NCBI GenBank assembly: GCA_964607165.1
Contig: CAZSIT010000005.1
Span: forward strand, 13,492-77,491
DNA: 64,000 bases
Reading direction: 5' to 3'
Source: an uncultured Ignavibacteria bacterium
GTDB taxonomy: Bacteria; Zixibacteria; MSB-5A5; DSPP01
Under the pieces are notes generated by a model, which was not told where the DNA came from, searched no databases, and saw nothing but the letters and a program-made list of their open reading frames with translations. The translations under genes were made by a program, and so were the position numbers. How positions within the stretch are numbered: position 1 is the stretch's first letter; each line of letters starts with the position of its first letter. Below, piece after piece: positions 55,697 through 64,000 of the stretch.

Positions 55697-56710
55697 ATGG
55701 TTATCGTAATGCAGCCGGGGGCTAAAGAAGAAGAGATTCAAAAAGTAATCGAGCGGCTGGTGGAAAAAGGGTTTGATGTGCACCGCTCCACCGGCGCCGA
55801 GCGAACCGTTCTGGGAGCCATCGGCAACAAAAATGGCATCGACATCCGTGATTTTGAAATTTTAGACGGGGTGCACGAAGTTCTGCGCATCAGCGAACCG
55901 TACAAGTTAGCGGGCCGAACGTTTCAGCGCGAAGATACGCGCATCATGGTTGGCGGAGTAACCATCGGCGGGCCGGAGGTGGTGGTGATGGCCGGGCCCT
56001 GCTCGGTGGAAAGCCGCCAGCAGATTAAAACCATCGCCAAGCTGGTCAAAGAGGCAGGCGCGAAGGTTCTGCGGGGTGGGGCTTTCAAGCCGCGCACCTC
56101 GCCTTACTCTTTTCAGGGTCTGGGTGAAGAAGGTTTGAAATACCTGCGCGAAGCGGCGGATGCCAATGGGCTTTTGACCGTGTCGGAAATTATGGACTGG
56201 ATGGATATCCCCCTCGCCATCCGCTACATCGATATCATCCAGATCGGCGCGCGCAACATGCAGAATTTTACGCTCTTGAAAGAACTGGGAAATTTGAACA
56301 AGCCGATTTTGCTCAAGCGGGGGATGGCAGCGACCATCGAGGAACTTTTGATGGCGGCGGAATACATAATGTCCGGCGGCAACCGGCAGGTGATTTTGTG
56401 CGAACGGGGAATCCGCACCTTTGAAAATTCGACCCGCAACACCTTGGACATTTCCGCCATTCCGGTGGTGAAAAAGAAATCGCATTTGCCGATTATCGCC
56501 GACCCTTCGCACGGCACCGGTTTGCGCGACCACGTCGCGCCGATGGCCCGGGCGGCGGTTGTCGCCGGCGCGGACGGGCTTTTAATCGAGGTCCATCAGG
56601 AGCCAGACCAGGCGCTTTCGGACGGGGCCCAGTCGCTTTTCCCTGAGCAGTTTGCGGAGTTGATGAAAGAATTGAAAATTATGGCGCAGGCGATAGGCCG
56701 AACAATTTAA
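55697..56710 (+). CDS. 3-deoxy-7-phosphoheptulonate (DAHP) synthase, type I-beta, with an N-terminal ferredoxin-like regulatory domain.
   Basis: It has the KDO8PS/DAHPS I-beta core ([24 protein letters not shown]). Confidence 0.9.
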   Translation: MVIVMQPGAKEEEIQKVIERLVEKGFDVHRSTGAERTVLGAIGNKNGIDIRDFEILDGVHEVLRISEPYKLAGRTFQREDTRIMVGGVTIGGPEVVVMAGPCSVESRQQIKTIAKLVKEAGAKVLRGGAFKPRTSPYSFQGLGEEGLKYLREAADANGLLTVSEIMDWMDIPLAIRYIDIIQIGARNMQNFTLLKELGNLNKPILLKRGMAATIEELLMAAEYIMSGGNRQVILCERGIRTFENSTRNTLDISAIPVVKKKSHLPIIADPSHGTGLRDHVAPMARAAVVAGADGLLIEVHQEPDQALSDGAQSLFPEQFAELMKELKIMAQAIGRTI

Positions 56711-58407
56711 TGCAAGCGTTCAAAATTGAAATCGCCCGCAAGTTGGCAGAAAAAATTGGAGCGGAATGGGAGGCGGTGGTCAAAGATATCGAAGTGCCGC
56801 CGCAATCGGAGTTTGGAGATTTTGCCTTTCCCTGCCACGGGCTGGCCAAGATTTTGAAAAAAAACCCGGTTCAAATCGCCGCCGAACTGGCGGCAACGCT
56901 CGCGGTCGGCAACGGAATAAGGCGGATTGAGGCAAAGGCGGGATATGTCAATTTTTGGATTGAGCGAACGAAAGCGACCGGAGAAGTTCTGCGGCAGGTT
57001 TTTTCGCAAAAGGAAAACTACGGTTCGAGCGCAGTTGGGAACGGCAAAACGATTGTCATAGATTTCTCCTCCCCCAATATCGCCAAACATTTTGGCGTGG
57101 GGCACTTACGCTCGACTGCCATCGGGCATTCGCTGACGCGGATTTACAAGAAACTTGGTTATCAAGTGGCGGGCATCAATCACCTCGGAGACTGGGGGAC
57201 TCAATTCGGCCAGTTGATTGCCGCTTTCAAGAAATGGGGGAGTGAAAACGAACTGCAACGAAACCCTATCGGCCATCTTTACGAGCTATATGTTCGCTTC
57301 CATCGTGAGGCGAAGGAAAACTCGGCTTTAGAAGAGGACGGGAGGCTCTGGTTCAAAAAATTAGAGGAAGGGAACGCAGAAGCCGCAGCGCTCTGGCAGC
57401 ATTTCAAGGACTTGAGCCTGGCGGAGTTTGAGCGGGTTTATTCCGCTCTGGGAATTCGCTTCGATTACTTCACCGGAGAAAGCTTTTACAACGACAAAAT
57501 GGAGCGGGTGATAAAGCTTCTGGCCGACAAAAACCTTTCCTCGATTTCGGAGGAGGCCTTGATTGTCGATTTGTCGGCTTATGATATGCCGCCTTTGCTT
57601 TTGAAAAAGAAAGATGAAGCCACCCTGTATTCCACGCGCGATCTGGCGGCGGCTTGGTATCGCTGGGAGACTTTCGGCTTTGAGCGTTCGCTTTACGTGG
57701 TGGGCGTGGCCCAGAGCCTGCATTTCAAGCAGCTGTTCAAAACTCTCGAGTTGGCTGGTTTTGATTGGCATTCCCGGATGGTGCACGTCGATTTCGGCTG
57801 GGTCAGGTTCGGCGATGAAATTATGGCGACGCGTGAAGGGAACGTAATCTTTTTGAAAGAAGTTCTGGACAAAGGGGTCGAACTGGCCAAGAAGACCATT
57901 TTGGAGAAAAATCCGGAATTGAAGGACGTTGAAAAGACTTCCCAAATGATTGCGGTGGGGGCGATTATGTTTGCCGATTTGTCGACCCGAAGGCATAAGG
58001 ACATCAACTTTATCTGGGAAGAAGTTTTGAACTTTGAAGGAGATACCGGGCCGTACCTGCAGTATACCCACGCCCGGCTTTCCTCCCTTTTGCGCAAATA
58101 CGGCCGACCGGTTTCGGGTAATGTCGATTTTAGCTGGCTCTCTAATGATTTGGCTTGGCCGGTGGTGCGGGAGCTGGACCGTTTTCCACAGACGGTGGCG
58201 GCGGCGGCAGAATATTACGAGCCCTCTTTTGTCGCCAGCTATCTTTTGGATTTGACCAAAGCCTTCAACGCTTTTTATCAGAAGGAGCGAATCTTGACCG
58301 ATGATGAAAAAGCTACGGCAGCGAAAGTTCTTTTGGTCGATGGTGTACGCACGATTTTGAAAGAGGGGCTTTATTTGCTCGGCATCGAAGCGCCGGAGGA
58401 GATGTGA
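56710..58407 (+). CDS. argS: Arginine--tRNA ligase.
   Basis: It has the class I HIGH-like motif (PNIAKHFGVGHLRST) and a DALR anticodon-binding domain. Confidence 0.92.
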   Translation: MQAFKIEIARKLAEKIGAEWEAVVKDIEVPPQSEFGDFAFPCHGLAKILKKNPVQIAAELAATLAVGNGIRRIEAKAGYVNFWIERTKATGEVLRQVFSQKENYGSSAVGNGKTIVIDFSSPNIAKHFGVGHLRSTAIGHSLTRIYKKLGYQVAGINHLGDWGTQFGQLIAAFKKWGSENELQRNPIGHLYELYVRFHREAKENSALEEDGRLWFKKLEEGNAEAAALWQHFKDLSLAEFERVYSALGIRFDYFTGESFYNDKMERVIKLLADKNLSSISEEALIVDLSAYDMPPLLLKKKDEATLYSTRDLAAAWYRWETFGFERSLYVVGVAQSLHFKQLFKTLELAGFDWHSRMVHVDFGWVRFGDEIMATREGNVIFLKEVLDKGVELAKKTILEKNPELKDVEKTSQMIAVGAIMFADLSTRRHKDINFIWEEVLNFEGDTGPYLQYTHARLSSLLRKYGRPVSGNVDFSWLSNDLAWPVVRELDRFPQTVAAAAEYYEPSFVASYLLDLTKAFNAFYQKERILTDDEKATAAKVLLVDGVRTILKEGLYLLGIEAPEEM

Positions 58408-59240
58408 AACCGTTCAAACGCGTCGCCATAATCGGCACCGGCCTCATCGGCGGGTCTATCGGCCTGGCTCTGCGGAAAAGCAAATTGGAGCGGATCGGCT
58501 TTGACCGTCCGGCAGTTTTGAGAGAGGCGTTAAAGCGCAAAGCGATTGACCAAAAGGCCAAAACGCTGGCGGTAGCGGTGCGCTCGGCGGATTTAATTCT
58601 GCTGGCTCTCCCGGTTGGAGATATTCTGGCGGTGCTGCCTCATCTGGTCCGAACGGCTCCGGCGAACGCCGTCATCACGGATGCGGGAAGCACCAAAAGA
58701 GAAATTTGTGGGCTGGCCCATCAACTGGGACTGAAAAACTTCGTCGGCGGGCATCCGCTGGCCGGAAAGGAAGAAAGCGGGGTTGAAAATGCCGATGGAA
58801 AGTTGTTTGCAGACCGAAACTGGTTTCTCTGCCCCAATAAAAACTCAAAATCTTTGAGCCGGATGAAAAGTTTCGTCCACCTGTTAGGCGCAAAGCCGGT
58901 GGTTGTCGAGCCGGGTGAGCATGACCGGATTCTGGCAGCGACCTCCCACCTTCCACAGCTGATTTCAACTATTCTTGCGGCTTCGGTCGCGGAGCTTCTG
59001 GGAAAAGAGACAAACAAAATAAAAACTTTTGCCGGTTCAGGATTGAAAGACACCACCCGATTGGCCGGTTCTCCCTATTCGGTTTGGAAGGACGTTTTTG
59101 CTACCAACCGAAGTGAATTGGAGAATGCCCTCCAGAATTTCAAAATGCGGCTAAACAGCCTGTCGAACCGGTTTACTTCTACGGAACCACTGGAGCAGGA
59201 ATTTGCAATCGGGAATCGATTCAGTAAGGGCTTAGAATAA
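58404..59240 (+). CDS. tyrA: Prephenate dehydrogenase.
   Basis: It has an N-terminal Rossmann segment (VAIIGTGLIGGS) and the TyrA catalytic region. Confidence 0.85.
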   Translation: MKPFKRVAIIGTGLIGGSIGLALRKSKLERIGFDRPAVLREALKRKAIDQKAKTLAVAVRSADLILLALPVGDILAVLPHLVRTAPANAVITDAGSTKREICGLAHQLGLKNFVGGHPLAGKEESGVENADGKLFADRNWFLCPNKNSKSLSRMKSFVHLLGAKPVVVEPGEHDRILAATSHLPQLISTILAASVAELLGKETNKIKTFAGSGLKDTTRLAGSPYSVWKDVFATNRSELENALQNFKMRLNSLSNRFTSTEPLEQEFAIGNRFSKGLE

Positions 59241-59241
59241 A

Positions 59242-60267
59242 ATGCTGGTGGTAATGGAACGCGGCGCCACGCCGCAACAAATCGAAACGGTCTGTCGGGA
59301 AATTTCAAAGATGGGTTTAACCCCGCACGCCTTGCCCGGCGCCCAGCGGACGGTGGTCGGCATCACCGGAAATCTGGGAATGGTCAATTCTTCCCGGCTG
59401 GAGACTTTGTCCGGTGTTATCGAAATCATTCACGTTACCCAGCCGTTCAAGCTGGTCAGCCGGGAGTTCAAAAAAGAGGATACGGTTGTCCTAATCAAAG
59501 GGGATGGAAACACGGTCGAAATTGGAGGGCCGAAAGTTTGCGTGATGGCCGGGCCGTGCGCGGTGGAGAGCCGGGAGCAGGCTTTGACCATTGCAGAAAA
59601 AGTCAAAAAAGCGGGGGCGACAATTTTCCGCGGCGGGGCTTTCAAACCGCGCACGTCGCCGTACAGTTTTCAAGGGCTTGGGGAGGAAGGGCTGAAAATT
59701 TTGGCGGAGGTGCGGGAGCGGACCGGGCTTTTTATCGTTACCGAAGCGGTGGATACGGAGAGTTTAGGTTTGGTCGAAGCTTACACCGACATCATCCAGA
59801 TTGGGGCGCGCAATATGCAGAACTTTTCGCTTTTAAAGCGGGCGGGCAAATCGCAAAAGCCGGTTTTGCTCAAACGCGGAATGTCGGCCACCTTGGAAGA
59901 GCTTTTGATGGCGGCGGAATATATCGTGGCCGAGGGAAATCCGAACGTCATTCTCTGCGAGCGGGGCGTGCGCACCTTTGCCGACCATACGCGCAACACG
60001 CTGGATTTGTCTGCCATTCCGTATGTCGAACGCACCAGCCATCTGCCCATCCTTGCCGACCCTTCGCACGGGACGGGGCGGCGGGAAAAAGTTTTGCCGA
60101 TGTCGCGCGCCGCTATTGCCGCCGGGGCGGACGGGCTTATAATCGAAGTGCACCACAAGCCGGAGGAGGCGCTTTCGGACGGGCCGGAGTCGATTTATCC
60201 GGAACAGTTTGAGGTTTTGATGAAAGAAATTGCGGGTATTGCGCGGGTGATTGGGCGTTCGGTATGA
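59242..60267 (+). CDS. DAHP synthase type I-beta, second paralog.
   Basis: It is about 60-65% identical to the 55697 paralog over the catalytic core. Confidence 0.9.
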   Translation: MLVVMERGATPQQIETVCREISKMGLTPHALPGAQRTVVGITGNLGMVNSSRLETLSGVIEIIHVTQPFKLVSREFKKEDTVVLIKGDGNTVEIGGPKVCVMAGPCAVESREQALTIAEKVKKAGATIFRGGAFKPRTSPYSFQGLGEEGLKILAEVRERTGLFIVTEAVDTESLGLVEAYTDIIQIGARNMQNFSLLKRAGKSQKPVLLKRGMSATLEELLMAAEYIVAEGNPNVILCERGVRTFADHTRNTLDLSAIPYVERTSHLPILADPSHGTGRREKVLPMSRAAIAAGADGLIIEVHHKPEEALSDGPESIYPEQFEVLMKEIAGIARVIGRSV

Positions 60268-60307
60268 GAAAGATAGTCTTGACTGGAAAACGAAAATTGA
60301 GTTGTTG

Positions 60308-60357
60308 GTTGCGTCAGGAGTTACTCCTGACACCTGTGCTTGGAGTAACTCCCGACA
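60308..60357 (+). repeat. Two adjacent palindromes, GTCAGGAGTTACTCCTGAC and GGAGTAACTCC. They share a motif family with 1705-1727.
   Basis: They are self-complementary sequences read directly and lie upstream of aroA. Confidence 0.6.
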
Positions 60358-60382
60358 CAACTTTTGTCATGAGGCGCTCGCT

Positions 60383-61756
60383 ATGAAAAAAGTGGTGCTG
60401 ACCAAAAAAGGGGAGGTGAGCTCGGAGTTCAAGGTTATCCGGCCAGCCGGCGCGCTCAAAGGAGAAGTCAGCGTTCCCGGCGACAAATCGATTTCGCATC
60501 GAGCGGCGATTTTGGCTTCGGTAGCCTCCGGGAGTTCGGAATTTTCCAATTTTTCTCCGAGCTTAGATTGTCTTTCCACTTTGACCTGCCTGGAAGCTCT
60601 TGGAGTGCAGATTCAGAAAGAAGGAAATCGAATTTCCGTTTTAGGAAAGGGTTTCGGCAGCTTTCAACCGCCTTCCGAGCCGTTTTTTTGCGGCAACTCC
60701 GGCACCACGATGAGGCTTTTATGCGGTCTTTTAGCCGGTTCAAACTTTGAAGTGGCTTTGGATGGGGATGCTTCTTTACGTTTGCGGCCAATGGATAGAG
60801 TTCTGGCGCCGCTTTCGCAAATGGGGCTGAAAATTGTCAAGAACGGCCCGCCTCCATTCGCCATTTTTGGGGGGAAACTTTCCGGCATTGAATATGTAAT
60901 GCCCGTGGCTTCGGCGCAGGTGAAATCGGCTCTGCTCTTGGCGGGGTTACAAGCGGAGGGAAAAACTACCGTAGTTGAAAAGATTCCCACGCGCGACCAT
61001 ACCGAGCGGATGCTTTCGGCGATGAAGGCACCCATTGAGCTTGTGCTTCCAAATTATGACCTTTCCACCCTTGAAGGAAGATTAGCCAAAGAAGAGGGGA
61101 TGGAAAAAAGAATTTCGGTGACGAAGGCCGGCTCGCTTACTCCTCTTAATTTTGAAATTCCGGGGGACATTTCCAGCGCCGCATTTTTGATTGCGGCGGC
61201 AGTTCTGGTTCCGAAGTCAAAAATTACCGTGCGGCAGGTGGGATTGAATCCGACCCGAACGGCTTTTTTGAACGTGCTGAAGCGGATGGGCGCGGAGACG
61301 AGCTGGAAAATCGAGGAAGAAAGATGCGGGGAACCGGTCGGTTCGGTTATTGTGAAGTCAAGCAAATTGAAGGGAGTTAAAATTGCCGGAGGGGTGATTC
61401 CCAATTTGATTGACGAGCTGCCCCTTTTGGCCTGTCTGGCGGCCTGTGCCGAAGGGACGACAGTAATTCGGGATGCGAATGAGCTGCGCAGGAAAGAATC
61501 GGATCGAATTAGTGCGGTTTCCGCCAACCTGCGCAAAATGGGAGTGAAAGTGGGCGAACTGGAGGATGGCTGGGCGATTGAAGGGGGAGCGGAGCTTGCC
61601 GGCGCGGAGATTGAAACTTTTGGTGACCATCGGATTGCTATGGCCTTTTCGGTTCTGGGCTTGGTTGCCGAGGGGGAAACTTTAATCCGCCAGCCGGACT
61701 GCGTGGAGGTTTCTTTTCCCGGCTTTTTTGAAACGCTTGAAAGGTTAACTGAATGA
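60383..61756 (+). CDS. aroA: 3-phosphoshikimate 1-carboxyvinyltransferase (EPSP synthase).
   Basis: It carries the LPGDKSISHR and NSGTTMR motifs. The start was taken at MKKVVL. Confidence 0.9.
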   Translation: MKKVVLTKKGEVSSEFKVIRPAGALKGEVSVPGDKSISHRAAILASVASGSSEFSNFSPSLDCLSTLTCLEALGVQIQKEGNRISVLGKGFGSFQPPSEPFFCGNSGTTMRLLCGLLAGSNFEVALDGDASLRLRPMDRVLAPLSQMGLKIVKNGPPPFAIFGGKLSGIEYVMPVASAQVKSALLLAGLQAEGKTTVVEKIPTRDHTERMLSAMKAPIELVLPNYDLSTLEGRLAKEEGMEKRISVTKAGSLTPLNFEIPGDISSAAFLIAAAVLVPKSKITVRQVGLNPTRTAFLNVLKRMGAETSWKIEEERCGEPVGSVIVKSSKLKGVKIAGGVIPNLIDELPLLACLAACAEGTTVIRDANELRRKESDRISAVSANLRKMGVKVGELEDGWAIEGGAELAGAEIETFGDHRIAMAFSVLGLVAEGETLIRQPDCVEVSFPGFFETLERLTE

Positions 61757-62613
61757 AAAATAAATTGCGGCCGGGGCTGACTGGTATCGTCGGTTATCCT
61801 TTGGACCATTCCCTGTCTCCCTTTATTCACAATTTCAGTTTTGCCGTTTTAAAGCTGCCGTATGTTTTCGTTAAAATCGAAGTTCCTGCGGCTAAATTGA
61901 AGCGCACCGCGCAGGCGTTAACCGATTTGGGTTTCGTAGGTGCCAACGTGACGATGCCGCACAAGGAAAGCGTAATCGGTTTGATTGATTCGCTTTCGCC
62001 GGAGGCGCAAGCCGTAGGCGCCGTTAACACGCTGGTTCTGAACAATGGGAAAATAAAAGGATACAATACCGATTCCGAAGGTTTTGCTCGTTCGCTTGAA
62101 AAATTTGCCGGCCGGAAGAAGTTCGAGTCGGCGGCGATTTTTGGAGCGGGGGGAGCGGCCGCGGCCGTGGCGTATGCCTTGTTTTGCCGTTTTGGCACGC
62201 GCCGCTTTCAATTCATCTGCCGCAACTGGCGCAAGGCGGAAAAAAGTTTGGCTAAAAAAAACATTTTTTCCGGCAAGGTCTGGGTCGATTTTGTGGATTG
62301 GGCAAACCCGGAGGCGGCGGTGGCTTCCTCCGATATCGTCATCAACGCCACTCCGGTGGGAATGGATGGGAAAAGAAGTTTTCCGATTTCGCCCGCAGCT
62401 TTTAACCAGAATCAAGTGGCTTATGATTTGATTTATTCTGCAACCATGACTCCGTTTTTACGCGTTGCCAAGAAAGGCGGAGCGAAAACGCTGGGGGGGC
62501 TGGAGATGCTTTTGGAGCAGGCGGCCTTGTCTTTTAAACTCTGGACCGGTCGGGAAATGCCTTTGGCCAAAGTCCGAAAGGAGCTGAATCGTTCCGGCTT
62601 TGGGCAGAGGTGA
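61753..62613 (+). CDS. aroE: Shikimate dehydrogenase.
   Basis: It has a GVIGYPL.HSLSP-type N-terminus and GAGGAA NADP-binding motif. Confidence 0.85.
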   Translation: MKNKLRPGLTGIVGYPLDHSLSPFIHNFSFAVLKLPYVFVKIEVPAAKLKRTAQALTDLGFVGANVTMPHKESVIGLIDSLSPEAQAVGAVNTLVLNNGKIKGYNTDSEGFARSLEKFAGRKKFESAAIFGAGGAAAAVAYALFCRFGTRRFQFICRNWRKAEKSLAKKNIFSGKVWVDFVDWANPEAAVASSDIVINATPVGMDGKRSFPISPAAFNQNQVAYDLIYSATMTPFLRVAKKGGAKTLGGLEMLLEQAALSFKLWTGREMPLAKVRKELNRSGFGQR

Positions 62614-62666
62614 AAAGTTGTTTTCCTTGAGCGTTTATTTTTTGGGATTTCTGCCGGCGGGATTTT

Positions 62667-63218
62667 ATGCAACAGCTTGAAAGTAACAATATTTTTCTGT
62701 GCGGTTTTATGGGCGCCGGCAAATCGGCGGTGTGCAAAAAGCTGGCTATGAAACTGGGCTGGGCCTATGTGGACATCGACCGGGAAGTCGAGCGGCTGGA
62801 AAACAAAAAAATCTTCGACGTTTTCGCCTTGCGCGGGGAAGAGTATTTCCGGGCGCGGGAAGAGGAGATGATTGACTGGGTGACGCGCTCCGAACGGCGG
62901 GTGATTTCTTTGGGAGGTGGGGCCTTGCTTTCAGAAAAAAACCGGCAAAAGATTTCGGAAAGCGGAATTTTGGTATGGCTTTCTGCTTCTCCCGCAGTGC
63001 TTTTGGAACGGCTGGGGCGCAGCTACCAGCGCCCACTTCTAAAGCCGGAATGGTTGGATGAGAGCGGAAATCCTTCCGCAATATTTTTGGCGTTTTTGGC
63101 CGAGCGGGAGAAGGAATACAAAAAGGCCTGGCTTTCGATTTCGACCGGCGGGAAAACGGCCGAGCAGGCGGCGGAAGAGCTTTTTGCCAAGCTCAAACAG
63201 GTGCACTATGTCGCCTAA
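62667..63218 (+). CDS. aroK: Shikimate kinase.
   Basis: It has the P-loop GFMGAGKS. Confidence 0.85.
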   Translation: MQQLESNNIFLCGFMGAGKSAVCKKLAMKLGWAYVDIDREVERLENKKIFDVFALRGEEYFRAREEEMIDWVTRSERRVISLGGGALLSEKNRQKISESGILVWLSASPAVLLERLGRSYQRPLLKPEWLDESGNPSAIFLAFLAEREKEYKKAWLSISTGGKTAEQAAEELFAKLKQVHYVA

Positions 63219-64000
63219 ACTTTTCATCCGCACCGAGCGAGTTTCCTATCCCATTTACGTAGAAAAGGGAATACTGAACAAGCTTTTCTCTTTGATTGCT
63301 TCCATTGGAATCTTCGAAGCCGTAGTGGTGATTAGCGACCGGAACGTGGCCGGGCTGTATCTCGATTCGGTCGAAAAAGCGCTGCCCAGGCCGGCTTTTT
63401 TCATCGTCATCCAAGAAGGGGAAGCCTCCAAATCGCTGGGGGAATATGAGCGGTTGATGGGAGAGCTTTTGCAGAAGAAGCTGGGACGGGATTTTCTTTT
63501 GATAGCTCTGGGGGGCGGGGTGGTCGGCGATTTGGCCGGTTACGTGGCGGCGACCTACAAGCGCGGGATTCCGTATCTTCAAATTCCTACCACGCTCTTG
63601 GCGCAAATTGATTCTTCGGTAGGCGGCAAGGTAGGCATCAATCATCCTCTGGGGAAGAATCTTATTGGCGCACTGTACCACCCCAAAGCGGTGGTGGCAG
63701 ACCCGGAGTTTTTGGAGACTTTGCCTCGGCGCGAAATCGTTTCCGGCCTGGCGGAAGCGGCCAAATATGCCTTTTTGAAAAAAGGCGGTTTTCTTTCCGA
63801 TTTGAAAAACCGCCTGCCGCAGTTTTTGGATGGAAATTTAGACGGCATCGAGGACATAATTGTTCACGGGTTGTCCATCAAGGCGGAACTGGTCGAGCAG
63901 GATGAAGAAGACCGGGGAGTGCGGCAATATCTCAACCTCGGCCACACCTTCGGGCACGCTCTCGAACAGGCGACCGGCTACGGTTTTTTGCGCCACGGCG
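63207..64000 (+). CDS. aroB: 3-dehydroquinate synthase (3' end truncated by the window edge).
   Basis: It has the GGGVVGDLAGYVAATY, DSSVGGKVGIN and HTFGHALE motifs. The start overlaps the aroK 3' end. Confidence 0.88.

Overview
This is 64 kb of bacterial chromosome, about 55% GC, with local AT-rich patches. Gene content and architecture fit a diderm bacterium. A T9SS/FlgD-Ig-like C-terminal sorting domain on one protein suggests an FCB-group organism, probably uncultivated (inference). Genes read mostly on the + strand.

Order of content:
- The 3' end of a glycine-rich tail-fibre-like repeat protein.
- A REP-dense intergenic region.
- An HD hydrolase, purM, gpmI and lnt.
- A secreted beta-propeller protein.
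- A glycan cluster: a FemAB/BioF2-like gene, two GT4 genes, an ArnT/PMT-like GT-C gene and a GT2 gene.
- A complete dcw cell-wall/division cluster running mraZ-rsmH-ftsL-ftsI-murE-murF-mraY-murD-ftsW-murG-murC-ftsQ-ftsA-ftsZ.
- On the minus strand, rpmB, a REP-associated tyrosine transposase (RAYT) and an AraC-Ogt fusion.
- Two tRNA-Lys genes, an IMPase-family gene, a PepSY-like gene and tmRNA (ssrA).
- Directly 3' of ssrA, an AT-rich islet. It holds a GIY-YIG nuclease gene flanked by two ssrA-3'-end-derived direct repeats, and a 398-aa Mrr-like PD-(D/E)xK protein of unknown function.
- Next, a small-molecule-modification gene set, followed by an OMP and a GT22(Alg9)-like GT-C glycosyltransferase.
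  - The set holds a methyltransferase, four GNAT domains, a PhzF isomerase and a 5' fragment of a second PhzF gene, a cupin and a VOC protein.
- A promoter, a Trp-rich leader peptide and an attenuator terminator ahead of dapF-trpEGDCFBA.
- An aromatic biosynthesis block: chorismate mutase, DAHP synthase, argS, tyrA, a second DAHP synthase, aroA, aroE, aroK and partial aroB.

Recurrent non-coding families seen directly in the sequence:
- A REP family with GTAGGGGC...GCCCCTAC ends, including recurring subtypes and paired REPs in alternating orientation resembling E. coli BIMEs.
- A GAGATTA heptad-repeat element that trails tRNA-like 3' ends.
- A TCAGGARTWAYTCCTGAC palindrome family.
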